From the IMG/VR virus record IMGVR_UViG_3300014202_000807: a DNA stretch of 64,000 nucleotides; one strand, written 5' to 3'. The notes under the pieces are model-generated. The model made no database searches, was not told where the DNA came from, and worked only from the letters and a program-made list of their open reading frames with translations. This DNA is from a virus. A program made the position numbers and the translations under genes. Positions within the stretch are counted from its first letter, which is position 1. Each line of letters starts with the position of its first letter. Of this stretch, positions 50,101 to 58,657 are shown in pieces.

Positions 50101-51816
50101 GTCTGATAATGCGGGGTACTCGTCAAGGTAGTTGACGCCCACCTCATCACTAAGCCTCTCATCAAGTATCTGAGCAACCGACAGTCCTACAATAGCGGCA
50201 TTCCAATACTTACCTCTATCAGCAACATCCGGAAGCCTGCCAAGCTCCGCAATTGCGCCTCGCAGCCACCCGGGAATGTCCAGCGATTGAGACATTTTCT
50301 GCATGTACTCAATAAAATTGATGGCATCTTTATATGGAATCTTGTTTTCAAACGCGCTGTATGGTGTTGAAAGCTTTCCGGCCATGGAAAGCATCCCGGC
50401 ATTGCCGCCGGAGTTCTCTATCGCAACCCATACACCATCCTTCATCTGTAGCGTTTGTCCGGCCTGGGTAATGGTGTCGCCGTCACGATAAATAATCGGT
50501 GAGGTTTCTGCTGTATTAAGCAGATCCCAATTGATACGAGAATCAGGGAAGCGCTTTAGCATCCTTCCGATTTCTGACACGCTGGCTGGATTGAATACCC
50601 GATCAACGTCACGAAACTTGTTCGGGTCTTTAGGGATAAATTCGCCCAATATGAAGCGCTTATTTCCCTCTACATCGAAATACTTGCCATCAATGAAGGG
50701 CTGCCACTGAATATTGGATTCAATCAATGTTTGCGGAGATTGTTCGCGTAATTCGGCTATTTTTTCCAGTGTTTCGCGGTTGAATTTACGATAAACAATA
50801 ACGTCGGTCATCGTGTCTGCGCTTGCTGTGCCAAAAACTGAGTTTGGCAGTCGATATGCGCCAAGGAACTCAGCCATGAATGATGATTTGACGCGTAACT
50901 CCTCTTCCTTCCCGCCTTTGCCTGAAACGACCCTTGGCGGAGTAATGAAACACGCAAGGCCGTTAGGCTTCAACTTCTCAAGCGAACGCAGGATAAAATA
51001 GTTTTGCAGCGGCTCGTTCTGGTATTTATTGTCGTGCAACTGATTGCCGCCACGATCCGCCACGCCACCGAACGGAACATTGGTTATGATTGCGTCGTAT
51101 TCTTCGTCCGGAGTATTTGCGGCCACCTTCTCGAACGGAGAAATAATTACGTTGTGCCCCGGCCCGCCGTTAACCAATTCATTAATGCGGCCAGAAGTCT
51201 CATTCAGCTCTACAGCATCAATTACAGCATCCAGTGGCGCTGTTGCCCCGAAAATACCAACCCCTGCGCTTGGATCACGGACTTTTCCGCCACTGAACCC
51301 GAGTTCTCGCATCAGATCCCACATGCCTTCGGCGATTGGTTTCGGCGTGTAATATTCGTATGCACTGCCCTTTTTGCCGTCAGCACCGATCAATGCGCCA
51401 CCGGTTCCGGAATACTTGGCAAGGATTGCTTTCTGCTCTGGCGTCAGGCTTGATCCATCAATTTCACCGCTATCAATCTTGCCAAGCAAATCAAGCGCGG
51501 CTTTGTTGTCCTTCTTGCGCTGGACGGTCTTTCTGTTTGGGTCGAACTCGTAGAATTGCGCGGTCTGTTTGCGCTGGGCAGATTCTTCAGACAATACATC
51601 TCCATCGCCCGGCTGCTGGTCGTCCGCCTGCTTCTTGCCAGTCACACCAAGCCTTATCAATAAGGCATTAACCTGGTTGGCTGCCTTTATCTTCTGGATT
51701 GGGCTTGATGCATTAAGCAACTCTGTGTTTGCTTTTGACAGTTGCGCCGTCAGGCGAATGCGTTCAAGCGGACTTAGATTGGCATCATCAAATATTGCAG
51801 ATAGCATTTTCGTCAT
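44137..51816 (-). CDS. darB: DarB-like DNA methyltransferase/SNF2 helicase, intein-containing
   Basis: EYYTP, DPSAGVGIF, NVPF; VGLGKT, IDEGH|CFKN, LTATPITNS, GINLQ, EQRNGRGVRQGN. Confidence 0.88.
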   Translation of the reverse strand: MTKMLSAIFDDANLSPLERIRLTAQLSKANTELLNASSPIQKIKAANQVNALLIRLGVTGKKQADDQQPGDGDVLSEESAQRKQTAQFYEFDPNRKTVQRKKDNKAALDLLGKIDSGEIDGSSLTPEQKAILAKYSGTGGALIGADGKKGSAYEYYTPKPIAEGMWDLMRELGFSGGKVRDPSAGVGIFGATAPLDAVIDAVELNETSGRINELVNGGPGHNVIISPFEKVAANTPDEEYDAIITNVPFGGVADRGGNQLHDNKYQNEPLQNYFILRSLEKLKPNGLACFITPPRVVSGKGGKEEELRVKSSFMAEFLGAYRLPNSVFGTASADTMTDVIVYRKFNRETLEKIAELREQSPQTLIESNIQWQPFIDGKYFDVEGNKRFILGEFIPKDPNKFRDVDRVFNPASVSEIGRMLKRFPDSRINWDLLNTAETSPIIYRDGDTITQAGQTLQMKDGVWVAIENSGGNAGMLSMAGKLSTPYSAFENKIPYKDAINFIEYMQKMSQSLDIPGWLRGAIAELGRLPDVADRGKYWNAAIVGLSVAQILDERLSDEVGVNYLDEYPALSDGMQVVSTVAKSRPSVIGGKIKDGLNLIGVHYQKKSGFSAIWRGDVSQSLNSVEISADAGFEGLRYKTKSIWVSLEDARGLYGEDFSPIEDPEWCISSDGRSVTKADDYYVGNYAEFMKRIDAEINSATDDKVRDKLLRQKLDAESRVDKVDVSRLNFNLFSPYVTNEEKAEFMRRFIHPSAAVIYDEVTGKTRVDIDIKGSDKTVKEKLINRIGDYMKSGTITLSGLKNLGMSNADALKELRKMVNTANEQFNGWVRGNRVIMDRLDAMASDPNKLRFRQVDDDAGLVIPGMGDAIKLHGYQNAFVRRMSREFGGINGHGVGLGKTFQSLAAVQYVQSIGVKTKTFFVVPNSVLSNWRKEASRAYASMDGTLFIGLRENKNGDATVKSSNFDADLTSVMENRHSKIFMTMEAFERIRLRDGTIADYESYLRSVDSSFSEKEDKAADERAKGKQSGLLAILSSKTGSAPYLEDMGVDSIVIDEGHCFPAGTLVDGIPIENLKIGDKVRSVNHRSGEIEYKTVTDVMRRRPSKLVRVNLSNGQSIVSTHDHPFFVPNVGYIKAEFLNNEYNVYFNYSKTADGNELQQLRNKIRPELLSNKEVGQKSGSGCVLQHLLFVEEDVEMFRKVASGSDVRPMQTRIHGSEAPSKEHKKGGQNLLLKQVQLCFQDKESSNLQELRGMRSGVRAESRAELEICNREGKSIFLREVLLHEMEAQEFGVHENVIEKRIEKGQAPRGFNATQLAANSRGCREEQIKTIEEWRSERGKDQEQGRQRKGCDSSASYVGASVKLVDGIHCKNESSQRERDTYSLQAGFGKSEFDDSDRGGWNESSKQESKGYGCEERQLSGIVGVESVEVLEQTGDGRFGGVCSDGYVYDITVKDNHNFFAEGILVHNCFKNSSETIDFKSAKFLSLSSVSKRGIDAQAKAWYIRGKSPLKDGVLMLTATPITNSPLEIYSMLSLSAGHDRVNDMCLGVKGADDFMNIFVQKENQDDVSIDGVARTTDVFVGLNNLGILRKAIGDVATIKTAEDVGEQIVVPNREEKQSHVALTNDIVDRLRLYKSAFRFAIDDISNKMPNRGDPEAFEAVSDHFGEPIDLIGHPFNLINKMTMLIADPELDNRATFYNFISPQADIAKSVVDQFNNKKFTEERQRPGPMTSGDAIVGKKIVKDSGGDAIELLKIHVQARINQDSRIVIDTIDPDTQTKFEDMAEKAGLDLDVSVPPKLAAMLENFQNEQVTPRGIDENGQVSSIVKQIIFCDILPLHNKIKRLLTKRAGVPSGAIAIITGKKNNSPDEILDVQDGFNANGEGNKYRTVIANEKAEVGINLQKGTQAIHHLTIGWTPDSLEQRNGRGVRQGNKTQRVSIYYYDADGTFDTTKRSMVNKKADWIGQVLGQDGGDSVAVTGGLSKEQMEALIDTVGDADAMTRLQETIAAKEAESRAATNRDKQMINIDTIRKQNKFLRENEDPANMVVSKLMGMWKLKNQALMLNERINSPIASQSAVLKNTALLAEINARIAGIREHVSRSATIELRHEAYSIDEMFAEINSSNRSRKESDVEEILRGKKYPAFSIGVKENSPAWNEWQVEVDMAKSMISESTQNFIRQSKESGSYPQKIVELISDGKGAVLDGKPIVDGTFARFQEGHLGVSYNNGRKAIAFNPGSNSILSASMVEFLKKSELIYPGTAEYEQCLIDAAKIEDDIANSGVVDNKFSEIVPEVAQRRKVEMLAEYSIYSYLLPQPYFPTVIGEEPTTPVMRKIVESQKEVIKSIDRSKFVVSSSLDVREKTSYYDQRKNLIEYAKAHKMKLTFSDLGGNSWTSAAIEKEVDFNSFSASLTGGAEQEIISNALAYVRNATEWIDYDGVGDQSTEYLPYSFRKAIGDAIKAIPKPDGADENVNSSVSLESSDDWVAMQSEYGFTKIVSVREFAEGIGEKAAWIGKAGPKHYDVETAKNKPNAPINTWVIKRTVYDALIKEYGDNAEKYSVRIVA
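47422..48648 (-). mobile_element. Intein (409 aa, precursor residues 1057-1465)
   Basis: Block A CFPAGTLV, block B STHDHPF, block F VYDITV..NHNFFA, block G ILVHN followed by C+1. Confidence 0.95.
47430..48404 (-). CDS. Zn-finger/Vsr(DUF559)-type endonuclease nested in the +1 frame of the intein
   Basis: Three CxxC...C(S/G)xxC repeats; YKLDLA...IAIEVDGMSH...DAKKDNFLESLGWKVLRF. Confidence 0.85.
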   Translation of the reverse strand: MSIMCISIIQKQQMEMNCSNCGIKFVPSYYQTRKLARNPGVDVFCSTSCSSKRMWKCSEKSRPVVTCDQCKQEFTAARHHQKSIKKGGKIYCSSKCSYASKIKKVPIYKNCVECGAEFELNHVQNWKYVTGKASQFFCGRSCSTKWRHKNSESMKMSLRSESKKAKHREALMQHNWLQTPEAVEKNRLKRLKSGVQKGVKIKNRGGNGKGATVPQAMLAQALNWSMEFIVKTRVPKGNGIPTHYKLDLANQNLMIAIEVDGMSHLSRKVKAMDAKKDNFLESLGWKVLRFSNKQVMEDLEGCVQTVMSTILQSKIITISSQKES

Positions 51817-51833
51817 TCCTTATTCTGCATTGA

Positions 51834-52211
51834 TTATTCACTCACCGGAGACATTCTCAATTTTATCTCCAGGTATAATGGATGCGGCTGATCATATAGC
51901 CATGAGCGATGCGCATACCTGCTGGATATATATTCGCATGCAATTTTCTGCCCTGATGATATCGAACCAGTGCCACTCTCCCTTATAAAGGCTTCAAATT
52001 TTCCGCTCTCTTTCATCCGCGCTGCAATGTCAATTGCATTTTTATCAACAGTCTCTAGCAATAGAATAACCGCATCCACCGGCTCTAGCGCAGGCGGACA
52101 ATCTATTGACGCACATAAGGAGCTAAGATGATCTTCAACATCAACAGCGGGTGAGAAAAACGAAAAGTCCGAATTAATAAGTCTTAAACATTTGGGTGTT
52201 TGATTTTCCAT
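51834..52211 (-). CDS. Hypothetical protein between darA and darB
   Basis: 125-aa ORF fills the gap. Confidence 0.55.
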   Translation of the reverse strand: MENQTPKCLRLINSDFSFFSPAVDVEDHLSSLCASIDCPPALEPVDAVILLLETVDKNAIDIAARMKESGKFEAFIRESGTGSISSGQKIACEYISSRYAHRSWLYDQPHPLYLEIKLRMSPVSE

Positions 52212-52230
52212 TTCATATTCTCTCTGTGCA

Positions 52231-55200
52231 TTAAGATAAAAGTTCTTTCGATTTTTTGGTTATGTAGTCCGCGTATGCGTTGGCCGCCTGGATAACCAGA
52301 ACATCACCATCACCGAGTTCTTCAGCAGCCTTTTCTATTTGATCAGGGAATGTTTCGGCGTCCATGTCTGCTGTTCCATCGACAACGGACTGGAGGAATG
52401 ATCTGGATGCGTTTATGCTCCCATCGACACCTTTACTTGAATAAACCAAGATTGGGTTTTCAGGCAACATCGATATAACCGATCTGTCTATACTCTTTCC
52501 TTGTTGAAATGACTGGATTTCACCCCAAGTCATACCGAATATAAGTTCATTATTATCGGTGGTCGTTTGTAGCGACTTATTTCTGTCACCGATATATAAA
52601 TTACCCTTCATCTGGATAGCTAAGTTTTTGTAGTAATCAAAGCTGCTAGTAGGATCATTTTTATCGGCCAACTCAGGCACGGCACCAGACGTTAATATGC
52701 TTCCGTCTCTTTCAATGGCGAACGACATTCCGCGCATATCATTTATGTTTGTTGAACCATCTTCTTGACTTTCTTCTGCGGAATCTCTTTTTTGGATCAA
52801 AATATTTGCATAGTCGTACTCGGATTTTGATACTTCATAGACGCCAAGCATGTACCTTGTCACCTTGCCCGCCTCTTTCACTTTTTTCTCATGCTCGCGC
52901 TGCTGCTGATCAGTAGCTCTAAAAAATGCCGATCCTGACATTGGCTTTATCTTGTCTTCTTCATAAGTGCTTGTGTTTTCGCCACCAGAAACCAAGTCTT
53001 CAACAAACTGCCGTTTGTTTTTCACAACCCCGTTATGCCCGATCATTTTGGATAGCTCCGCTATCGCCTTTCCTTTTTGCATTGGGTTGCCACCAACATC
53101 AGCAAATTCTTTTTCTTTTCTTAACTTCTCATCCGCTGCTGTCATCTCCTCATCGGCTCGCAACGCATCCCTTCTCAATTTATCTTGGTACTGCTTTGAA
53201 TCAAGCTCTATGAATCTTTCCAGATCATCGACCGGTATTATTGGTCCGCCATTCACCTTCCCATTCATAAGAGCGTAATATTTACCATCCTTGAGCGATT
53301 CAATAGTAATTTCGTCACCCTGGCCATCCCTCCATGACCTTCCGATATTGGCATCTTCTGACACACCACCACCCATAATCTCGCCAATAGTCTTCGGTTT
53401 CCAGTTAAAATCCAGCTCAACACCAGAGCCTATCAATTCCTCGATGCTGATATAACCAAGCTCTCCACCATCGCCAAACAGATCAGCCAGCCCAAAAGCC
53501 TGCAACTGCTCATCTTCCATGTCCTTTTCGGTGATGTGCCAATCAGCAGATCCCTTAAAGTAATGCAGGTAAGCTATGGCTTTGTCTCCCATACCATCCT
53601 GCCCGTAGGTTTTGGGCATGGTCTGGATGGTGTTGGCTATCTCAAGCATCTTGTCGATGAAATATTGTTTCTCTTCGCCACGGATGCCCATGCCAACAGC
53701 TGATAATTGGGATTTGCCGATGAATTGTTTTAATAGGGGCATGACCTTATTGACATCTTCTATAGCGGCATTAGGCTTCGCTTCTGGCTCATGGTCTTTT
53801 GGCTTCTCGTCTGAGCGCCTTGATAATTTAAAATCGCTCGCATTCCAATATTGACTACCCTTGTCTTCAAGCTTCAGCATTTGCTTGTTTGAGTCATAAT
53901 CAGTTTTTATGTGATTAATCCTCATTTCGTCCTTGCCATAAAATCCAACATCTTTCACCGCAATGACATAATCACCAATCTGGAATGATGGCGCTTCTTC
54001 CGAAACTCCATCATCTCCAATAACTTCAGGCTCCTCGCCTTCGATGAATAGATTGAAAACTTCCTTGGATTCATCTACACTATCAAATGCAGCAGTAATG
54101 TTGCCTTGCTTCGACAAGTAAGGTCGGTCGCCAGCCAGCCGGGAAGGATTCGATGATCCCCCGGATTCGTAAGTGGCGTCAGAAATTGGGTCAGATTCTT
54201 CTGGCCCATTTCTATTTGCGCTGTCCAAAATAGCGCCTGGCGCATGGACGGTGTGATCCCAATGAAACTTTCCTTTATCATCCTCCTTGATGACGAACCT
54301 AACGGCGACATCCTCACCATCTATTTTCGCCAACGAACGCATGGTGTGATAGGCAGTCACATTTGACTCTGACGGGCTGTACGGTGGCGTTGAATTCAAT
54401 TCCTTTGCGCTGCTAATTAACAACTCAATTGCTGCAACAAGTTTCAGTTTTCTCGTGTCAGCACTCAGGCTTAATGTTTTTTTAACTCCGCTTTTGCGAA
54501 TCTCAACGTCTCCTTTAAGTGCCGGACAAGGAACCCATTTGCCTATCAATTCACTGATCTTCTGTTTTGCTGCAAGCCTTAGCTGTTTTGCTCCTTCAGC
54601 GGTATCCGGAAAGTCTCCAAGTTCCTTACCTGATAAAGTAATGACAGGATCGCCTTGATCTGTTGGGGTTTCTTCCGATTCGCCAGAACCAGAAACAACA
54701 GAAGCAATGGCGGTCTCAACATCATCTGGATGGTTTTCTAAAATACTATCAATGGCCTTATCTGCTCCCATTTTTAGCGTCACAACAGACCTTAAGGAAG
54801 GGCTTGCACCAACTTTTGCCAATTGATCAGCGTCCATATTTTCAAGGATTGTCCGTGCAGCGTCTTCACGCTCTTTAAGTGCCTGCTGTTCTTCGTCAGG
54901 AATTATTAGCCCACCGCCCATTACTCTGCCTTCAGCCTCAATCTTGAGAACTTCAAGCTCATTCTGCGCACTTTTCAACTCACCCTCCAGGGTGACAATC
55001 TCATCCTTAAGATTCTGAATATTCTGCATACGATCAGCCCGTTTCGCATTCGCGCGGGCAAATGCCGCGCTATTCTTTTCGGCCAGCTTCAGGATTCGCC
55101 TTGCCACTTCGCGCACATCAAGATCCCGCCCGCGCTCAGGCGCAACAACGATGGTGATGTCTTTTTTGTTCAGCATCCATTTCCACGAAATGACCTCATC

Positions 55201-56127
55201 CGTAGGCGCTATCTTTTGTGGCGTAACATCTGGATTATGGAAGTATATTGATATTGTCTGCCCGTCCGACAGCTCATATACAACAGCAACATTCACCACG
55301 CCGCTCTGTTTGAACGGATCGGATATCTGCATTGCAATCGGCTTGATTTGACTCGCTGAGCGCTCCATGATGCCCTGCAATATGCTCATCTTGCGTTCAA
55401 GCTTAACGAATGGAGTAACAAGCGCGTCCAGCAGCACACTTCCTTCAGAATCTTCGAGAATTTCACTCATGGAAACGGAATCCATCAGCAAATTATCTTC
55501 ATCCGACTGGCGCATTTCGTACAACACACGGTCAAGGGTGCGCCCATCAATCGGCAGGTTGTTTTCATTCCAGTACACTTTTTTCATTGTTTCGAATCCT
55601 TCTGCGGGTAAGTCTGCTTGTTTGATGGGTCGGCTCATATCACCATTCTTAAGCCACCATTTGAATTGATTTATTGATAATTGAGCGATGCTTGCGAGAC
55701 CTTTCCAGTATCTGTCATAGCTTTGCTTGTAGGCTCGAATAGCCGATTCCTGGTCAGGGAAGGCGAGCATCGACTTGTGTTCATCGAAGCGCCCGTTCAC
55801 GTTCTGGTTGATAACAAAAACATGTTCGGATTGCGGGTAAAACCCCACAAAGCAGTCAACACCATCACCGTCAGCGCCCTTTGTGCCGCCTACATAGCCA
55901 TAGTGCGCCGCCATGCGCGATGTCCAGCGCTTACCGGTTTTCTGGACAATTCCTGTCCGGTATGAACCGCGCGGCTGCTCAATGACTATCTTCAGTCCGT
56001 GATAGTCAAATCTGCCCATTTTGTAATTGCCTGCGTTACATTGATTCTCGGTAGGCTCGGGCATCCGGTTTCTACCGAATGCTCCAGAATGCGCGGCGGA
56101 CTCAATTTCAGGAAGTGATATGGGCAT
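52231..56127 (-). CDS. DarA-like polyvalent internal head protein
   Basis: InPase-like N-domain (GNYKMG, GADGDGVD, DEHK), DarA-like core (LSDGQTISIYFHNPD, KWMLNKKDIT), LPD3-like and DUF2958-like segments; likely ATG at 56127. Confidence 0.8.
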   Translation of the reverse strand: MPISLPEIESAAHSGAFGRNRMPEPTENQCNAGNYKMGRFDYHGLKIVIEQPRGSYRTGIVQKTGKRWTSRMAAHYGYVGGTKGADGDGVDCFVGFYPQSEHVFVINQNVNGRFDEHKSMLAFPDQESAIRAYKQSYDRYWKGLASIAQLSINQFKWWLKNGDMSRPIKQADLPAEGFETMKKVYWNENNLPIDGRTLDRVLYEMRQSDEDNLLMDSVSMSEILEDSEGSVLLDALVTPFVKLERKMSILQGIMERSASQIKPIAMQISDPFKQSGVVNVAVVYELSDGQTISIYFHNPDVTPQKIAPTDEVISWKWMLNKKDITIVVAPERGRDLDVREVARRILKLAEKNSAAFARANAKRADRMQNIQNLKDEIVTLEGELKSAQNELEVLKIEAEGRVMGGGLIIPDEEQQALKEREDAARTILENMDADQLAKVGASPSLRSVVTLKMGADKAIDSILENHPDDVETAIASVVSGSGESEETPTDQGDPVITLSGKELGDFPDTAEGAKQLRLAAKQKISELIGKWVPCPALKGDVEIRKSGVKKTLSLSADTRKLKLVAAIELLISSAKELNSTPPYSPSESNVTAYHTMRSLAKIDGEDVAVRFVIKEDDKGKFHWDHTVHAPGAILDSANRNGPEESDPISDATYESGGSSNPSRLAGDRPYLSKQGNITAAFDSVDESKEVFNLFIEGEEPEVIGDDGVSEEAPSFQIGDYVIAVKDVGFYGKDEMRINHIKTDYDSNKQMLKLEDKGSQYWNASDFKLSRRSDEKPKDHEPEAKPNAAIEDVNKVMPLLKQFIGKSQLSAVGMGIRGEEKQYFIDKMLEIANTIQTMPKTYGQDGMGDKAIAYLHYFKGSADWHITEKDMEDEQLQAFGLADLFGDGGELGYISIEELIGSGVELDFNWKPKTIGEIMGGGVSEDANIGRSWRDGQGDEITIESLKDGKYYALMNGKVNGGPIIPVDDLERFIELDSKQYQDKLRRDALRADEEMTAADEKLRKEKEFADVGGNPMQKGKAIAELSKMIGHNGVVKNKRQFVEDLVSGGENTSTYEEDKIKPMSGSAFFRATDQQQREHEKKVKEAGKVTRYMLGVYEVSKSEYDYANILIQKRDSAEESQEDGSTNINDMRGMSFAIERDGSILTSGAVPELADKNDPTSSFDYYKNLAIQMKGNLYIGDRNKSLQTTTDNNELIFGMTWGEIQSFQQGKSIDRSVISMLPENPILVYSSKGVDGSINASRSFLQSVVDGTADMDAETFPDQIEKAAEELGDGDVLVIQAANAYADYITKKSKELLS

Positions 56128-56243
56128 AAGATTGATCTTGTAAATTCGCAAATTCAGTATCGAATCTTATGCTTTATGGAATGTCTGGATGCTTCGGTTT
56201 TCCGTTGTTCTGCTTGATGAATTGATAAAAGATTTAAAATATG

Positions 56244-56272
56244 TTGACGTTTTAATTTAAGGTTGGTATAGT
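56244..56272 (+). promoter_or_regulatory. Sigma70 promoter of island 1
   Basis: TTGACG-N17-TATAGT. Confidence 0.7.
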
Positions 56273-56346
56273 TACTTACATGATCACTTGATCAATAACG
56301 GTAGCAAGTCCCGATGACTTGCATGGGCAACCAGAAGGAGGATGCC

Positions 56347-56544
56347 ATGAACCAAAACCAAAACCAAAACCAAAACCAAAACCAAAACCAAAACCAAAAC
56401 CAAAACCAAAGCCATGAACAAGGGCGGGCATATGAGCAAGTCCCTGGCGATTATTACCCGGGAGCTTGCAGTTTTTGTGGAGGCACGATCTTTGTGCCCC
56501 ACGGGCACAGTTACGGCGCATGCCACGACTGCGGCTCAATATAA
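56347..56544 (+). CDS. Small (NQ)10 plus Zn-ribbon protein
   Basis: AAGGAGG RBS; CSFC...CHDC. Confidence 0.65.
   Translation: MNQNQNQNQNQNQNQNQNQNQSHEQGRAYEQVPGDYYPGACSFCGGTIFVPHGHSYGACHDCGSI
56350..56409 (+). repeat. Perfect (AACCAA)10 microsatellite
   Basis: Read directly from the sequence. Confidence 0.95.
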
Positions 56545-56553
56545 GGGGGGAAT

Positions 56554-56886
56554 ATGAAAAAATTCCTCACAACAAGCGGCGGTTACATAACCGCAGCAGA
56601 CGAATCCGCAGCGGCAAACCTTGCCGCAGAGTACAGCATGGGTGAAATTGCTGGTGTGGAAAAGGCACCAGCAAAAAAACCGGCAGTCATACGAGCCGGA
56701 AATTTTGCGGTATGGGACAATATATCCCAATCCGCGTCAATGGTTGGCACGCTTGCATCCTGTGCCAGCCATCAGCACGACTACCCGCGAGACGGGGAAA
56801 TCGTATTCTTTGAATCCGGGAAACCGGAAAAACTCAACACCGCAGAGCGCAAACAGGTAAACGCCTGGCTGCGTGACGCAGAATAG
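56554..56886 (+). CDS. Hypothetical protein
   Basis: G-rich RBS; island operon. Confidence 0.6.
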   Translation: MKKFLTTSGGYITAADESAAANLAAEYSMGEIAGVEKAPAKKPAVIRAGNFAVWDNISQSASMVGTLASCASHQHDYPRDGEIVFFESGKPEKLNTAERKQVNAWLRDAE

Positions 56887-56895
56887 GAGATCGCA

Positions 56896-57246
56896 ATGAT
56901 CTATATTTGTAACTCGTTCTCACTCTCCATGCTTGACGCATGGAGGCTTGAGGACTCTGAAGCCATGACGAAAATCAGCGTCACACCAATAAGCGACCCC
57001 GGGGCGTGGCTGGCTGAAGCTGAAGAAGCGCACGGGAAAGCCGCATCAGCCGTTGGGCACGCTGATACGGCACAGTTATTTGGGAAAATTCTTGGCCGCA
57101 CGGTAGAGTTTAACCGGTCATCGATAAAACTCGATGAATCAGCAGAGTTGCTGATAGGCCAATTAGTCGGGCCACGACCACCGGAAGGCAGTACCACACT
57201 GCCAGAAGGTGCCACTATCAAGTGGCTATCTGTGTCGATAGAATGA
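56896..57246 (+). CDS. DUF1874 (STIV B116)-like protein
   Basis: YICNSFSLSML, SAVGHADTA, NR.SIKL, GPRPPEGSTTLP. Confidence 0.7.
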   Translation: MIYICNSFSLSMLDAWRLEDSEAMTKISVTPISDPGAWLAEAEEAHGKAASAVGHADTAQLFGKILGRTVEFNRSSIKLDESAELLIGQLVGPRPPEGSTTLPEGATIKWLSVSIE

Positions 57247-57461
57247 CCCGCCGACACCTAACATGGGCCTACTTGGGCAACCAGGCGGGCCCGCTTTCAG
57301 AGCTAGCTGGGGATGCATTGAAAAATCCACAGCTATCATTTCAATTTGCATCTGATGAAGACCGCGCCCGCGTACGCAGGCAGGTCGAGGATGCGATTCG
57401 AAAAAATGCAACAGACCGCGAGTTAGTCGAACTGGCGGCAAGGTTTGGTTGCAAACTTTAA
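57243..57461 (+). CDS. Hypothetical protein
   Basis: ATGA-coupled; RVRRQVEDAIRK. Confidence 0.55.
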   Translation: MTRRHLTWAYLGNQAGPLSELAGDALKNPQLSFQFASDEDRARVRRQVEDAIRKNATDRELVELAARFGCKL

Positions 57462-57479
57462 TTAATAAGGAGAGGAAAA

Positions 57480-57674
57480 ATGAAAAATCTATTTGGCCGT
57501 ATTGACGTTAACAATAACGTTGCTGTATTCCGCGAAAGCGGAGAAATAGCAACTAGGTTAGACGCGAATGTATACCCGATTGGGAGCAGTCTCAGTGCTA
57601 AATATGAACATCCAGAGGGTATTAAACTAACTCAGGATGATGCTCGGAAATTGGGAATTGAGATAATTGACTAA
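57480..57674 (+). CDS. Hypothetical protein
   Basis: AAGGAG RBS; followed by a hairpin at 57697-57713. Confidence 0.6.
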   Translation: MKNLFGRIDVNNNVAVFRESGEIATRLDANVYPIGSSLSAKYEHPEGIKLTQDDARKLGIEIID

Positions 57675-57721
57675 CCAACCACCCTAACCGTCGCAGCCGG
57701 GCGAAAAGCCCGGACGCTAAG

Positions 57722-58207
57722 CTAAGCAGCAGCCTTCAGACTTTCTATCTCTTCCCTGACGGCGGCAATAGCCTCTTTCAGAGCATCACGCTTTTCAGTC
57801 AACACCTGCTCCATCTTTGGCGCAGCGGTGCGAATACTTGCTGGTGGCTTGACTCTCGCCATGGCAAGCTTCTTCTGGAACTTTGATCGCCCGGAATCCA
57901 TTGCTTTGACAACTTCGGTGATCGCCGCGATATGGTCATCCTGATTCTTGATCGGAACTAACTTTTTGTTGAGCAAAACCTGATATATGTCTCCGGTCTG
58001 TTTCACGCGCAGAACAACCGTTTGAGAATCGGCAAAGGTCAGCGTCATTTCTCTGTAACTTACTCCCATCGACCGCTTTACCGATGAAGACACATCCTGC
58101 TGAACGATATTCGCGCCAGCGCGGGCAAAGTAACGCGCCACGATCTTGCTTGCCTTGTCGCCTGCGGCCATATCATTGAAGCTGAAAAGCATTTTATTAC
58201 TATCCAT
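57722..58207 (-). CDS. Hdf/DarA N-terminal-like protein
   Basis: KRSMGVSYREMTLTFADSQTV...GDIYQVLLN, followed by a coiled coil. Confidence 0.65.
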   Translation of the reverse strand: MDSNKMLFSFNDMAAGDKASKIVARYFARAGANIVQQDVSSSVKRSMGVSYREMTLTFADSQTVVLRVKQTGDIYQVLLNKKLVPIKNQDDHIAAITEVVKAMDSGRSKFQKKLAMARVKPPASIRTAAPKMEQVLTEKRDALKEAIAAVREEIESLKAAA

Positions 58208-58216
58208 TACCCACCC

Positions 58217-58657
58217 CTAAATACCGTTGTGCAAATAATAAGAAAACAATTTACTAACATTAATCATCCCGTTTTCCACGCACTCCGCCTTGGTTAGCGG
58301 GGTTGGTGTGTGAACTGGAACAAATAATTCTGCGTTGATCAAACATCTGTCAGCATCAATTAATACATCAACAGGCGTAGTAATTGCAATATCTCCGGAT
58401 GCGGATTCAATCTCAAATTGATCAACAGACGACAAATGCACATTCTCAGCCGAAAGGCTCATATCAGCAGACGTTTCCATAACAACCATGCCATCCGCGT
58501 AGACTTCGTACTTGCCGGTGCTATCTATCCGATACCAGTGGTCGTGATGTTCGCACTTGAGTACCCTATAGACGAACCCGTATGTTTCGCTAGTACAGGT
58601 CTGGTATTCTCCAGAATCTCCAGCTAAATCAAACGGCGGAACGCTCCCATCGCTCAT
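58217..58657 (-). CDS. Spike-associated hypothetical protein
   Basis: Follows the gpV-like gene; beta-strand repeats. Confidence 0.5.
   Translation of the reverse strand: MSDGSVPPFDLAGDSGEYQTCTSETYGFVYRVLKCEHHDHWYRIDSTGKYEVYADGMVVMETSADMSLSAENVHLSSVDQFEIESASGDIAITTPVDVLIDADRCLINAELFVPVHTPTPLTKAECVENGMINVSKLFSYYLHNGI

Noticed and set aside
56276..56539. Minus-strand ORFs with (GF)n or (LV)n tracts
   Set aside because: They are shadows of the AACCAA repeat; the promoter and RBS favour the plus-strand NQ ORF.
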